64,000 bases of DNA from Desulfurococcaceae archaeon. Its GTDB lineage: Archaea; Thermoproteota; Thermoprotei_A; Sulfolobales; Desulfurococcaceae. Location of the stretch: positions 77,689-141,688 of the forward strand of contig JAWBQJ010000004.1 in the NCBI GenBank assembly GCA_038845865.1, written 5' to 3'. Both the position numbers and the translations under genes were made by a program. The notes beneath the pieces were generated by a model that was not told the origin of the DNA, searched no databases, and saw only the letters and a list, made by a program, of their open reading frames with translations. Positions 46,154 to 57,293 of this stretch are shown piece after piece (position 1 is the stretch's first letter; every line of letters begins with the position of its first letter).

Positions 46154-47797
46154 CTACGACCTTACCTTCACTAGTTCAAATCTTATAACGTACATGTAAA
46201 GCGGGTTGAGCGCTTCTTGGGGCACGTAAATTCTCTTCGAGTATATGAATGGCCTTATTTCATCCCATAGACCCACAGCAACCGCTTCCCTGAATATTAT
46301 TTCGTGTGCCTGCCTGTAGAGTTCAAGCGCCTGCTCGTAGTTAGAACCTTCCAGCTCCCACGCAGCATCTATTAACCTGTTTAGTTCCTCGTTCTCGTAC
46401 CCTGCGAAGTTCCACTCTCTCGAATCACTGTGAAACATTGTGTAAAGATAGTCGTATGGTGAGGGCACCGTAGGCCACCAGTCAGCCATTATTATGTGGG
46501 GGGTTTTCTCGGGGTCTTCCCACACACCTTTAGCGATGTCTTTGAGCCTAGTCCAGTCCTGGGCGTTCAGCTTAACTTCTATACCCAGCTCGCTCATTAC
46601 CGACTTGAAGATCACCGCGAACTTGTTCGTCTCTTCGTAATCCACCTGGTACAATAGCTCGATCGGCTCGCTTAGAGGCGTCTTCACTCCCGATTTTTCC
46701 AGATAATCTCTAGCCTTGACTAAATCATATTCGTACACGAAGCCCTCAGTGCTACCTGGAAAACCAGCTGGTATGACGCCACTAGCGACTTGCCCGTAGC
46801 CGAGTAGGACGTCATTGATTATCCTCGATAAGTTTAGCGCGTGAGCTACCGCTAAGCGAAACTCGGTAATGTTGGTTGGATACCTCTTAGTGTTAAAGAA
46901 CAGTAGGAAGTTGTGGAATGCCTTCAGCTTAATTACCCCGAAGCCCCGTTCTTCGAGCTCCTTGACGTTTTCTCTAGGAACACTGCACGCGATGTCGATC
47001 TGGCCTCCCAGTAGCCCGTTGTATTGCGATGCAGGCTCAAGCACTATCTTAATTACTACAATATCCGGTGCGTCCGGGTTGTTTAGTTCTTCCCAGCCCC
47101 ACCAATCCTTAAATTTCTCTAGGCGGATTTCTTTGACGGGGTCGTAGTAGAGGAGCCTGTAAGGCCCCGTCCCTACGGCATTACCCGCATTAAACCATTC
47201 CTCGAGCTTACGATCGGTGTAATGGGTGGAACCACTCTTCTCCAGGACGCTCGGCGAGAAGATGTAGGCTGCATAAGCCGCGGAGGCCAGTAAGTCTAGC
47301 CTTTGTGGGTATCTTAGTCTGAACTTGACCGTGTACTCGTCGACGACCTCGACTTCTTCAACGGCGTCCCATATGTAGCCCAGCCCCCTACCGGTTTCCC
47401 TATATATGTCCCTTGCACGTTCAACGCTGATCTTTACCGCTGTAGCGTTGAAGGGCGTCCCATCGTGAAAGCTCACCATCCTTCGGAGGTGGAAAGTCCA
47501 CTCAGTGCCTCCTTCACTAGAAGTCCAGTTGATGGCTAGGCGCGGCTTCACTTCGCCCGTCTCATGATCGTAGTATGTTAGGGTTTCGTATATGGTACCT
47601 AGCACTACGAGGCCGGTATCGTCCTCGATACTGGGATCTATTCCGGTTATCCTGTCATTGTATGCGTATATCACTACTTTACCCTGCTTTGTTTGAGGCG
47701 TTGAAGCGGGTTTAATGTACATAAACGTGGCTGCAGTGATTGCTGTTAACAATACAAGCACTCCAATTACTACGGTTAAAGACCTCTTGCTAACCAA
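46154..47797 (-). CDS. ABC transporter substrate-binding protein, family 5 (OppA-like)
   Basis: 547 aa with an N-terminal signal/anchor and the SBP_bac_5 pattern. Confidence 0.8.
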   Translation of the reverse strand: MVSKRSLTVVIGVLVLLTAITAATFMYIKPASTPQTKQGKVVIYAYNDRITGIDPSIEDDTGLVVLGTIYETLTYYDHETGEVKPRLAINWTSSEGGTEWTFHLRRMVSFHDGTPFNATAVKISVERARDIYRETGRGLGYIWDAVEEVEVVDEYTVKFRLRYPQRLDLLASAAYAAYIFSPSVLEKSGSTHYTDRKLEEWFNAGNAVGTGPYRLLYYDPVKEIRLEKFKDWWGWEELNNPDAPDIVVIKIVLEPASQYNGLLGGQIDIACSVPRENVKELEERGFGVIKLKAFHNFLLFFNTKRYPTNITEFRLAVAHALNLSRIINDVLLGYGQVASGVIPAGFPGSTEGFVYEYDLVKARDYLEKSGVKTPLSEPIELLYQVDYEETNKFAVIFKSVMSELGIEVKLNAQDWTRLKDIAKGVWEDPEKTPHIIMADWWPTVPSPYDYLYTMFHSDSREWNFAGYENEELNRLIDAAWELEGSNYEQALELYRQAHEIIFREAVAVGLWDEIRPFIYSKRIYVPQEALNPLYMYVIRFELVKVRS

Positions 47798-47987
47798 CTC
47801 CTCTCACGCAAATCTCCATTGCTCAATATAAAGCCAGGATTTAAAAATGTACACCTAGTAGTAGGGTCTCGTAGTGGAGACTCGCGCACGCGTTGTTCCC
47901 GAGCAGGGCGCAGTAGCTAGTGCTCCACTTCACTCATAGACTTTAAAGCGGCGGTATGCTGTAAAGTGGTATTAGTAGGAGTCCGGT

Positions 47988-50204
47988 ATGAACGAGATAT
48001 CGGAGTGCATTGTAAGCCATCTGCCAGATGCGCTGAGCAAGGTGCTCGGCATCGAGAAGGACCTTGTCAACGTGCTAATTACTAGCGGGAAGGTGAAAGT
48101 GGCTCCTACACCGGATTCCAAACTAGGAGACTACGGTATCGCCATACACGCTGTTCTAAGAAACGTAGAGCGCAGTAAATGGGATGAAGTGGGTAGAGCG
48201 ATAGCTAGCGAGCTATATTCCGTTACGTACGACAAGTGCTGGGTTGAAAAGGTGGATTTTGTGAACGGGTATGTGAACGTTACAATAGACTACTCGAATA
48301 TTCTAACCCAGCTTGTCCGGGACTTCGCCACCGGAAAGGTGTTCGAGGAGTTAAAGAGCGTTGGCATGGGATCCCATGTTATCGTTGAACACACTAGCGC
48401 TAACCCCGTACACCCGCTACACATAGGTAGTGGTAGGAACAGCGTTTTAGGAGACACGTACGCTAGGCTACTTCGAAAGCTCGGATTTAACGTTCAAACG
48501 AGGTTTTATGTCAATGATATGGGTAGACAAGTAGCCGTTCTAGTGTACGGTGTTAGTGTTGCCGAGTCTAAGGGAGTCGTTAGACCTGAATCCCTTAAAG
48601 TAGACCACTGGTACGGAGTGATCTACGCCCTAACGCACGTTCTAGTAGAGCTATGTAGATTGAGAAGCGAACTTAAAGGTAAAATGAACCTGCTCGTCGA
48701 GAAAGCTGAAAGCGCTTGCCGTGACTTCGCCAACAACGAGTTCTCGGGAGGCGCTTCTCGGGACCTAGGGTTCATGCTTTGCGAAATAGCATGGAAAAAG
48801 AACTTTAAACTGGAATTACTTGAGTACACTAAGCGACTGTACGAGGTATTGAAAAGGCAGTACGCCAGAGATAACACAGTACCTACCGAAATACTGAAAC
48901 TGATCGACGAGATCAGGAGCTTGGCGCGGGAATATAGAGAGTACCTTGCAGCTGAGAGAAGGCTTGCAACCCACTATCCCGAACTCTATAACGCATTAAA
49001 ATCGTCTGTACTAGACTACAAGGAGGTGGAAGAGTCTATTAGGAAGCTGATGGTGCTCGCTGAAGGTGGGAAAGAGGATGTCCTCGCCCTGTTTAGAAGG
49101 GTCTCCGAAAGCGTTATTAGTGGATTCAAGGAGACGCTTAAAAAACTCGACATAGAGTTCAACGGGTTTGACTACGAGTCTAGCAATGAGATCCTCGAAA
49201 AAGCACGAAATGTAGTTAAAGACCTGGCTAAGACGAGCTACGCTAGAGTAGTTGAGGGGGGGGCGATAGAAGTAGACTTGAACAAGGCAGCAGAGGATCA
49301 CGAGTACGTGAAGGGCCTCTTCTACCCCGATCAGGCAGGCAGGTTCGTGGTGCAGAGAAGTGATGGTACGACACTTTACGTTACGCGAGACATCGCGTAC
49401 ACTCTCTACAAGTTTAGGGATCTCGGTGCAGAGAGGGTATATAACGTCATCGCGGTAGAGCAGGCCCGGGAACAGAAACAGCTCAAAGCGGTGTTGCACA
49501 TCCTAGGTTACGTTAAAGAAGCGGAGAACCTCCACCACTTCGCGTACGAGATGGTCCACCTCAAAGGAGCCCGGATGAGCGGTAGGCGCGGCACATACTA
49601 CACGGTAGACGAAATGCTCGTGGATAGTAAACTAAACGTGTTGCAAAAACTCGTGGAAAAGGAAAGCAGCTTAAACGCCGAGGAGCTCATGAGCGTGGCA
49701 GAGAAGCTCGCCGTCGCGAACACCAGGACACTATTACTATCCGTAGATCCCGGCAAGGTCTTAGTGTTCGACCCTAAAAAACTAGGAGAGGTGGAGTATG
49801 GGACGATCATTGAATATGCCTTCGTGAGGGCGCAAGGTGTTGTTAGAAATCTATGGGGATTGGAGTTCCTCAATGAACCGGGTGCCATTTACGCGAAGAT
49901 GGCCGACGCGGTAAAAGGTGGAGGTAAGATGCAGTTTTCTCCCGAAGAGAAGAAGCTTATCGAGATCCTAATTAAGTTTAAAGACGTGTTACTGGAATCC
50001 TACCGGGAGATGAAGCCAAATAAGCTACTGGAATACGCGATCGGCTTGGCACTGGAATTCAACAAGTTCTATGAAAAGTACCCAGTCATCGGCGAACGCG
50101 ACGCATTTAAGAGAAGTGCACGAATAGCATTAACGCTAATGGTGTTAGTGGTGCTCTCAGAGCTCATGGATATCATGGGCATACCGAAGCTCAAGAGAAT
50201 GTAA
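47988..50204 (+). CDS. argS: arginine--tRNA ligase
   Basis: Contains the class I HIGH-like HIGSGRNSVLGD and the ArgRS signature YVNDMGRQV. At 738 aa it is long, with insertions. Confidence 0.85.
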   Translation: MNEISECIVSHLPDALSKVLGIEKDLVNVLITSGKVKVAPTPDSKLGDYGIAIHAVLRNVERSKWDEVGRAIASELYSVTYDKCWVEKVDFVNGYVNVTIDYSNILTQLVRDFATGKVFEELKSVGMGSHVIVEHTSANPVHPLHIGSGRNSVLGDTYARLLRKLGFNVQTRFYVNDMGRQVAVLVYGVSVAESKGVVRPESLKVDHWYGVIYALTHVLVELCRLRSELKGKMNLLVEKAESACRDFANNEFSGGASRDLGFMLCEIAWKKNFKLELLEYTKRLYEVLKRQYARDNTVPTEILKLIDEIRSLAREYREYLAAERRLATHYPELYNALKSSVLDYKEVEESIRKLMVLAEGGKEDVLALFRRVSESVISGFKETLKKLDIEFNGFDYESSNEILEKARNVVKDLAKTSYARVVEGGAIEVDLNKAAEDHEYVKGLFYPDQAGRFVVQRSDGTTLYVTRDIAYTLYKFRDLGAERVYNVIAVEQAREQKQLKAVLHILGYVKEAENLHHFAYEMVHLKGARMSGRRGTYYTVDEMLVDSKLNVLQKLVEKESSLNAEELMSVAEKLAVANTRTLLLSVDPGKVLVFDPKKLGEVEYGTIIEYAFVRAQGVVRNLWGLEFLNEPGAIYAKMADAVKGGGKMQFSPEEKKLIEILIKFKDVLLESYREMKPNKLLEYAIGLALEFNKFYEKYPVIGERDAFKRSARIALTLMVLVVLSELMDIMGIPKLKRM

Positions 50205-50222
50205 TGAGAGGTGCGCTAAGGT

Positions 50223-51101
50223 GTGAACACCGCTGGCAGGTCCTTAATGAACGTTGTCCAGTTAGTGTGCTTGCTCACCGTCGTGTGGTTGTCGATAAGT
50301 TCCGGTAGTATACTTGTTTTGCTGTCCGGCGCCCCCGCGGAAGCGTGCGCCTTTTGGAGACTACTGCTATCCGTCCCGCTCCTATACCTCATTGACACGT
50401 TACAGGGCGGACCCACCCCACCGAGGATTAGACCACACCATATAGTGTCCGGTGTGTCTCTAGCCTTGCACTTCGTTTTCTGGATGCGTAGCCTTTTCAT
50501 AATACCAGTGTACATAAGTACCCTGCTCGTCGCGGTATACCCCTTCTATTCACTCCTAATAGAGGTAATTGCGTACAGGAGAAGGCTTCCCCTCATGCAG
50601 TTTGTGGGGTTCTTAGCGTGTACGCTTCTGCTTGCTATGTACCTTGGCGTACATGAATTGGTGTTTAATGTTGGTGTTATAGAGGCGATGGTAGCTGGTT
50701 TCATGGTAGCAGTCTACTTCGAGGTGGGTAGCTATGCAAGGTATAAGTTGAAGGAGCCGACTACCAAGTATGCCATTAGCACCTACCTGGTCGCGGCACT
50801 CTTCGTGGCGCTGTTCGCGGGAATGCTGGGCGTTAGTCTGCTGTACTATGAGCCGGTGAAGTACGTGTTCTTCGTGGCGCTTGCTGTCGTGCCCATGATA
50901 CTGGGTCACACGCTGATCAACTACATGCTCGGTAAGTATCCAGCATCGATAGCCACATCCATTGGTTATGGTGAGCCCTTCGGGGCCGGGCTATTGGCGT
51001 ACTTGTTACTAAAACAGGAAATCTCACCGACACACATAGTCTTCGGCATCCTCATAATCGTAACGGTCTTTATAACGGTTACGACCCTTTACGAGGAGTG
51101 A
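50223..51101 (+). CDS. EamA/DMT-family transporter
   Basis: 292 aa with 10 TM helices in two repeats. Confidence 0.6.
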   Translation: MNTAGRSLMNVVQLVCLLTVVWLSISSGSILVLLSGAPAEACAFWRLLLSVPLLYLIDTLQGGPTPPRIRPHHIVSGVSLALHFVFWMRSLFIIPVYISTLLVAVYPFYSLLIEVIAYRRRLPLMQFVGFLACTLLLAMYLGVHELVFNVGVIEAMVAGFMVAVYFEVGSYARYKLKEPTTKYAISTYLVAALFVALFAGMLGVSLLYYEPVKYVFFVALAVVPMILGHTLINYMLGKYPASIATSIGYGEPFGAGLLAYLLLKQEISPTHIVFGILIIVTVFITVTTLYEE

Positions 51102-52348
51102 TAACGGTGAAGGCTCTTTTAGAGCTCATCGACGTCGGTGAAGCGATTAGGCGCCTGGTTGACGCGCTCTCTCGTACACTCCACCTAGACGTAGAAACCG
51201 TAAACCTCACTAATGCTATTGGAAAAGTCCTCGCCGAGGAGGTGTACGCCACTATAGATAGGCCCGGGGAAGACATTAGCGCCGTGGACGGGTACGCTGT
51301 AAGAAGCCTGGATACGGTGGGCGCTTCATACTACAATCCCGTAGAACTGACAGCAAGTAGGTCGGTGAAGCCCGGTGAAAAGCCCGCCTTTCCGTGCATC
51401 GAACCCGGCGTAGCGGTGGAAGTTTACACTGGTACACCAATACCGTGCGGTGCCGATGCTGTCGTGATGAGCGAGGATGTCGAGGTCCGTGGTGATAGAG
51501 TCCTGGTCTATAAGCCGGTTGCGGGAGGCTCTAACATAATCTTCAAAGGTGAGGATTTCAAGAAAGGGGATTTACTGGCAACTAGAGGTACCCTTATTAA
51601 GCCAGCGCTACTAGCAGCTCTTGCAGCTAATGGCGTAGACAAGGTTAAGGTCTATAGAAAGATAAATGTATCTATCATAGCAGTAGGAGACGAGCTCGTA
51701 GAGCCTGGCAAGGAAGCACCTCCTGGTAAGGTGTACGATTCCTCGACCTATATCGTGTACTCGTCACTAGTAAGGGACCTCGTGTTTAACGCCAAGTACT
51801 CCGGCATAGTGCCCGACGACGTTGATGCAGTAGCAAATGCCGTAGCAAGGGAATTTGAACGTGGAGCCGATGTGGTGATTACGACCGGTGGAACCGGCGT
51901 AGGCAGGCACGACATTGTAGTAGATTTCGTTAAACGGCACGGTGAATTCGTATTCAGAGGCGTGAAACTGAGGCCCGGTAGACCTACGAGTAGCTCCGTT
52001 GTGGGTGGAAAACTACTACTTCATCTTTCAGGCTTTCCCATCGCGGCTTGGACGGGTTACGAGGTCCTGTTTCGAACAGCTGTTATCAAGTGGCTGGGTG
52101 TTAGTGGGCTGGAAAGGCACTCGGTCTACGCATTATTGACGAGAAGGCTACCTAACGTCGCTGGTTATACGTCTATTGTAAGGGTCAACGTGTTTGAACG
52201 GCACGGTGAGCTTTACGCAGAGCCGTACATGCTTAGAGGTAGTGGAGTTATATCAAGCATGCTTAGGACGAATGGGTACGTCGTGCTACCGGAGAACGTG
52301 GAAGGGTTCGAGAAAAACACCCGAGTGAAAGTGTACTTTTACGACTAG
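51098..52348 (+). CDS. moeA: molybdopterin molybdenumtransferase MoeA
   Basis: 416 aa with a GGTGVG motif and the MoeA N- and C-terminal domains. Confidence 0.85.
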   Translation: MITVKALLELIDVGEAIRRLVDALSRTLHLDVETVNLTNAIGKVLAEEVYATIDRPGEDISAVDGYAVRSLDTVGASYYNPVELTASRSVKPGEKPAFPCIEPGVAVEVYTGTPIPCGADAVVMSEDVEVRGDRVLVYKPVAGGSNIIFKGEDFKKGDLLATRGTLIKPALLAALAANGVDKVKVYRKINVSIIAVGDELVEPGKEAPPGKVYDSSTYIVYSSLVRDLVFNAKYSGIVPDDVDAVANAVAREFERGADVVITTGGTGVGRHDIVVDFVKRHGEFVFRGVKLRPGRPTSSSVVGGKLLLHLSGFPIAAWTGYEVLFRTAVIKWLGVSGLERHSVYALLTRRLPNVAGYTSIVRVNVFERHGELYAEPYMLRGSGVISSMLRTNGYVVLPENVEGFEKNTRVKVYFYD

Positions 52349-52367
52349 TAACTTAAAGTAAACTGAG

Positions 52368-53363
52368 GTGCCGGAGTTGGAAACCGTTGGTGCCTTGAGC
52401 GAAGAAGAGGTTATCGCGCTGATCGCGGGAAAGCTCTTGTCGAAGACGGGTATTGGCGAGCACCTATCACATCCCGACGACGCGCGCGACGTCATACCCA
52501 GAGCTCCCAAGATACTTTTCTCCATGGATGCTTACACGGTGAACTCGCTAAAACTACCGTGGAGGGGGTATTCCGATGTAGGATGGTCGGCACTTACGGG
52601 TGCCATCAGCGATATCGTTGCTAAAGGAGGAGTACCCCATGCGTGTATGGTGGCTCTCGGAATACCCCCTGAACTAGACTTGAAGCTACTCGATGAATTC
52701 ATTAGCGGCATGAAAGAGGCATCCGAGTACTACAAGGTCCGGGTACTGGGTGGCGATACCAATAGAAGCGCGGAAATGTGGGTGGCGATCTCCGTGCTCG
52801 GCTTCACGACCGCGAGAACGCCCCCGAGTAGAAGGGGGTTGAAACCGGGCGATGCCATCGTCGTAACTGGAATTTACGGTCCAATGGGTTATGTAGTTAA
52901 ACATGGCTTTGAAAAGGCCCTTAACGAAAAATGGGTCGTAGACTTCACTAAAAGGCCGAGAGCATACTTGGAGGTGGGTTACATTATTGAAAACTACTAC
53001 AAAGCGGTAACAGCCAGCATGGATGTAAGTGATGGGCTAGGCTACACGCTCCAAACCATGGCGATTTTAAGTAGCTGCGGAATAGCCGTAAGAGACCCGC
53101 CTCAAACACCACAGCAACTAGTAGACCTGTGTAGAGGGGGGTCTGACTGCCTACTCGAATACGCACTGCTCGGAGGCGAGGAGTATGGGGTAGTCTTCGG
53201 CGTCAAGCCTGAATGGCTACGGACGGTACTAAGAGACCTCGAGCACTTCAACGTACCATTCACTGTCATAGGCGAAGCGGTTGAAGCCGGTGAACCGGGC
53301 CTGTACGTCAACGGGAGGAGGTTTAGAGCCGCTAGATACGATCAGTTTAGGGAGTGGGCGTAG
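52368..53363 (+). CDS. AIR-synthase-related (PurM-fold) protein, ThiL-like thiamine-monophosphate kinase
   Basis: Contains the ILFSMDAY...ISDIVAKGGVP and GGDTN motifs. Confidence 0.55.
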   Translation: MPELETVGALSEEEVIALIAGKLLSKTGIGEHLSHPDDARDVIPRAPKILFSMDAYTVNSLKLPWRGYSDVGWSALTGAISDIVAKGGVPHACMVALGIPPELDLKLLDEFISGMKEASEYYKVRVLGGDTNRSAEMWVAISVLGFTTARTPPSRRGLKPGDAIVVTGIYGPMGYVVKHGFEKALNEKWVVDFTKRPRAYLEVGYIIENYYKAVTASMDVSDGLGYTLQTMAILSSCGIAVRDPPQTPQQLVDLCRGGSDCLLEYALLGGEEYGVVFGVKPEWLRTVLRDLEHFNVPFTVIGEAVEAGEPGLYVNGRRFRAARYDQFREWA

Positions 53364-53444
53364 ACGCGCTTTTACTATAACGTGCCCGGCACTCTGCACT
53401 TATAACCTAATTCATAGTGACAAATCCACTATGGTGTAGGCAAA

Positions 53445-54647
53445 GTGACAGTGGTTTTACTGCTATCGTTACTGATCGCCGTGGTCAACGTAGTGGACAT
53501 ATTCACGGACGTATTAGCAGTAATAGTTGCCAAGGTAAGCGCGTTCCAATTAGGGTTATTAAATTCCCTGTCCTATGTCTTCTACATCGTGGCACTATAC
53601 GCGGGAAGCAGGCTATCCGATAGAGGTATCATTAAGCTACAGGTGTTCTTAGTACTCACATGCTTAGCATCGTATGTGACGTTACTGGGCATATTCGTGC
53701 ACGCTCCAGGCATACCTGCACTGGCCGTGATGTACTTGCTATATTCGAGCGCTCAGGCCTTAGCTAAGACGGCTACCCTTACCTATATACATGAAATGCA
53801 CCCGAGCACTTCGTGGAATGGGCTCCTCGCCCGGAGGGTAGCGGTAACAGTCATTTGTGAGGCCTTACTACTTATTGTGATCTCCAGGGTAGGGTTAGAG
53901 GCTATTGTATGCAACCTAGTCCTCTTCACGATACCGATCTTAGCACCAGTACTCGCAACGCTACTTTTAATCAGGGATCCTTTACTGAAAATAGAAAAAA
54001 CCCTTTATAGGATAGATGTTGGATTGAAGCGCGTAGAGCGCATAATTACTAGTAACCTAGTAGTGTACACTCTGCTAACCGGGCTGTCAGGGTTCAGGCG
54101 TCCCAGCTTCAAGCTACTGACGTCCACCGCGCAGAGTGTTAATGTAAAGAGAATTCTATGGGCTCTAGTAAGCTTTAGGGCTGCAAACGCGTTACTGCTC
54201 ATACAGCTACCCATCTACCTAGGTAAAGTCCTGGGATACGCCCCCGATAGCATGCTCGGAGTATACGGGTTAGCGAGGCTCGTGTTGACGCTGGATTTCC
54301 TCGTACCGGCCCCCATTAGTGGTGGTAAGACGTACCTAGTAATGCTCGTACGCGGCATGCTACCACTACTACTATTGATGCAAAGCAGCAACGTAGCCGG
54401 CACGATGATCGCACTAGTTCTCGGCCTAACACTGTACCTGAACAGTAAGATTGACGTGGCCTTATACTCCATGTACGTTGATGCACTAGGCCGCGTTGAA
54501 ACCACTAAGTACCTATTAGTAAGCGAGGCAACCGGGTTTCTCAGCACGCTGGTGTCGGGAGTAGTTTACGCCGCGGTAGGTTATGGTGGCATCATTATAG
54601 CGACCGCCTTACTACATGCTCTAGGAGCTGTGTTGCTGAGGACCTAA
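53445..54647 (+). CDS. MFS-like polytopic membrane transporter
   Basis: 400 aa with about 12 TM helices. Confidence 0.5.
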   Translation: MTVVLLLSLLIAVVNVVDIFTDVLAVIVAKVSAFQLGLLNSLSYVFYIVALYAGSRLSDRGIIKLQVFLVLTCLASYVTLLGIFVHAPGIPALAVMYLLYSSAQALAKTATLTYIHEMHPSTSWNGLLARRVAVTVICEALLLIVISRVGLEAIVCNLVLFTIPILAPVLATLLLIRDPLLKIEKTLYRIDVGLKRVERIITSNLVVYTLLTGLSGFRRPSFKLLTSTAQSVNVKRILWALVSFRAANALLLIQLPIYLGKVLGYAPDSMLGVYGLARLVLTLDFLVPAPISGGKTYLVMLVRGMLPLLLLMQSSNVAGTMIALVLGLTLYLNSKIDVALYSMYVDALGRVETTKYLLVSEATGFLSTLVSGVVYAAVGYGGIIIATALLHALGAVLLRT

Positions 54648-54729
54648 GTATTTGAGGATCGGTGCCCGCTATCGATGCTACATTCATCGAGTAGTTCTCG
54701 ATCTCCCGGGTTCCTCCTCATCTCCGGTA

Positions 54730-55410
54730 CTACTTATTGCAAATGAGTGATTTAAGCTTGATTGCGGGTCTTAAGATTAACACCTCTATAAAGGATATCA
54801 CGACATACGCGAACGCCGGTAAAATACCCTTCTCGTAGTAGGCTTTTTCGACACCCGCCCAGTCAACCTTGCCAAAAGCTACCATTAAAACGGCGGTAAT
54901 CACGATCATTATGGGGATGCTAACTACCATTGGGAGCTCGGTTACCCCCTCCAACAAGTAGCTTAAGACAAACCCGTAAACAGCTGTTAGCAACGTGATG
55001 ATGAGCTTACCTGTAAACAACGCAATGGCGAACTGCATTACGTTGTAGCCGGAAGCACCGATAGGGATGTAGAAGATATCGTCTGGTATGGGTAGCGCGG
55101 CGATGAGGAACACCGTTATGAACGTTACCTTTTCGTGTTTCCGTGCGAAGTACGAGAACCCACGAATGAAGTTGCGGACAGTCTTCACGCTCGAGATCGA
55201 CCTTCCCACCGCGTAAATCACGAGCTTACCAGCTGTGGCCCCTGCAGCTAGCGCGATTATGGCGATGATTAACGGTAGCCCACGCAACCGAGATAGTAAC
55301 GGGGCCACGAAGACGAGGTACGGGATTGTTGAGTATGGAATGGAATTCGATAGGAAAGCCAGCAAGAACAAGCCTACATAGCCTAAGCCCACGAACAGCT
55401 CTATGCTCAT
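54730..55410 (-). CDS. DedA/SNARE-associated-like membrane protein
   Basis: 226 aa and polytopic. The family call is tentative. Confidence 0.4.
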   Translation of the reverse strand: MSIELFVGLGYVGLFLLAFLSNSIPYSTIPYLVFVAPLLSRLRGLPLIIAIIALAAGATAGKLVIYAVGRSISSVKTVRNFIRGFSYFARKHEKVTFITVFLIAALPIPDDIFYIPIGASGYNVMQFAIALFTGKLIITLLTAVYGFVLSYLLEGVTELPMVVSIPIMIVITAVLMVAFGKVDWAGVEKAYYEKGILPAFAYVVISFIEVLILRPAIKLKSLICNK

Positions 55411-55500
55411 AGACTTCGCCTACCCCACCGTCCTCAACCTTCTTTAACTTGCTTGAAGGTTGTTCATTCCAAGTGTACTTATTACAAGCTTATAAGCAGT

Positions 55501-56520
55501 TTACACCCTGAGTAAGCGGGCTACCTCGGGGTTCGTTCTTGCCGCCTCGTATAGAGCCCTCTCTTCTCCGGGTTTTAGAAGTCCTAGCTTTGCTTTAAAT
55601 AAGCATGCCTTGCAGATTGCGCGAGATGCTGGGTTACCGCACACTACACACCTTGTGTACTTTTTAGTAACGGGCTTGTCCTTACCCCTCATTTTAAGTA
55701 ATTCGAGTAGGCTCCTCAGCAGGCCGTACTTCGAGCCAGGATACTTTTCTTCGAGCTCGTTGAGCATTTTCCTAACGACAAACCTAACATTGTACTTGAC
55801 GTAAGGACACTGCACAAACTCCAGTTGAACTAGGTTATTTAAGAGTGCATATATTGTCGTTTCTTTTTCAGGTACTTCGTAGAAAGGTTTAATCCTCTTC
55901 ACGATAAACTCCTCGCTAGAGGACCTCACCGGGCTGAGAGAAAGGGCTCTATCCCAGCTGTTACTTATGAGGTTCATTAGGTATGTCTGGATAATGTCGT
56001 CCATGTTGTGGGCAGTTGCTATTACCGTCGCACCTATCTCTCGTGCGACCTTGTTCAGGACGTATCTTCTAAATACACCGCAGTAACTGCAGGGCATGTA
56101 GGGGAGTTCCCGCTCAAAGCTATCCCTCACTATCTCGTCTAAGGTTTTACCTACGTAGTCTTTAAAGCTAGCTATAACGTACCTTACTGCGCGCCTCTCG
56201 GCGTAATTAACTAGGTTGGGGATCGTCTTCTCCCGGTACCCCGCAATGCCCTCGTTCACGAGAACGGCCGTTATTTCTAGCCCGGGTATTTTTCCTCTCA
56301 GTTTGAGTAATAGGTGTAATAATGCCATTGAATCCTTGCCGCCGCTAACGCCAACAAGCACGTGATCGCCAGGCTGAACCATGCCATACTTCCTTATAGT
56401 CTTCCTCACCCTGTGTTCGAAGTACTCTACGAAGTGCGGCTTGCAGTAGGCAATATTGCTGATCTTATTGACGTATACCGCTGACCTGTCACAACGGCTA
56501 CACTTAACCACGTCGTGCAC
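55501..56520 (-). CDS. tRNA thiolation PP-loop ATPase (TtuA/NcsA-like)
   Basis: Contains the PP-loop SGGKDS and both N- and C-terminal CxxC zinc fingers. Confidence 0.8.
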   Translation of the reverse strand: MHDVVKCSRCDRSAVYVNKISNIAYCKPHFVEYFEHRVRKTIRKYGMVQPGDHVLVGVSGGKDSMALLHLLLKLRGKIPGLEITAVLVNEGIAGYREKTIPNLVNYAERRAVRYVIASFKDYVGKTLDEIVRDSFERELPYMPCSYCGVFRRYVLNKVAREIGATVIATAHNMDDIIQTYLMNLISNSWDRALSLSPVRSSSEEFIVKRIKPFYEVPEKETTIYALLNNLVQLEFVQCPYVKYNVRFVVRKMLNELEEKYPGSKYGLLRSLLELLKMRGKDKPVTKKYTRCVVCGNPASRAICKACLFKAKLGLLKPGEERALYEAARTNPEVARLLRV

Positions 56521-56624
56521 CTACACGTTAACTACCATTACCTAAGACTCCACTATTAAGGTTACTCTTATAATTGTATAATATAACAACTAGCTAGCAA
56601 CTAATTGGGTGAGAGGGGCGCGCC

Positions 56625-57293
56625 ATGAAATTGCTCGTGGTGAGCGATGTACATGAGAGAACCGGTAACATCAATAGGCTACATGCCAAGTTACAAAGGG
56701 AATCGTTTAAACCGGACTTTGTCGTAGTGGCGGGGGATATAACGTATTTCAAAGACATGGGTACCGCCTATAGCATTCTATCCGGTATTCGTAGGCTATT
56801 TGGCGTTAAGGTGCTGTTCGTGCCCGGGAACTGCGATCCGCCGGAACTCCTCGAGGCTAGAGAGCTGGGCGAAGACCTGGTTAATCTACACTCCCGGTTC
56901 GTGAATATAGGTGAATATACATTTTATGGCGTTGGTGGAGGCGGAATTAGCCCGTTCAACACGCTCATAGAGTTCACGGAAGAGCAGTTCGATGAGTTCA
57001 TGAGCATGCTAGGTAGCGGCTCAGCGGGTAGCCTCATCCTCGTAACGCACCAACCCATATACGGCTTTTTCGATAACGTTAATGGTGAAAGAATAGGTTC
57101 GAAGACTTTCGCCACGTACCTCCGTAAAATCGAACCGATACTTTGGATCACCGGACATGTGCACGAAAATAGCGGGTGGACGCTATCGGGTAAGACCGTT
57201 ATAGTGCACCCAGGACCGCTGATGAGGGGGTACTACGCTGTGGTCGGGGTCGAGGACGGCGTCGTAAAGCACATCAAGGTCGAAAAGCTGTAA
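56625..57293 (+). CDS. calcineurin-like metallophosphoesterase
   Basis: Contains VVSDVHE, GDITY and GNCD motifs. Confidence 0.75.
   Translation: MKLLVVSDVHERTGNINRLHAKLQRESFKPDFVVVAGDITYFKDMGTAYSILSGIRRLFGVKVLFVPGNCDPPELLEARELGEDLVNLHSRFVNIGEYTFYGVGGGGISPFNTLIEFTEEQFDEFMSMLGSGSAGSLILVTHQPIYGFFDNVNGERIGSKTFATYLRKIEPILWITGHVHENSGWTLSGKTVIVHPGPLMRGYYAVVGVEDGVVKHIKVEKL

Noticed and set aside
47866-47881. Short palindrome gtctcgtagtggagac in the oppA/argS divergent region
   Set aside because: The stem is only 5 bp, which could arise by chance, and nothing in the context supports a regulator site.
50216-50909. Minus-strand ORFs 50216..50515 and 50613..50909
   Set aside because: They are antisense to the well-supported EamA transporter gene and have low complexity.
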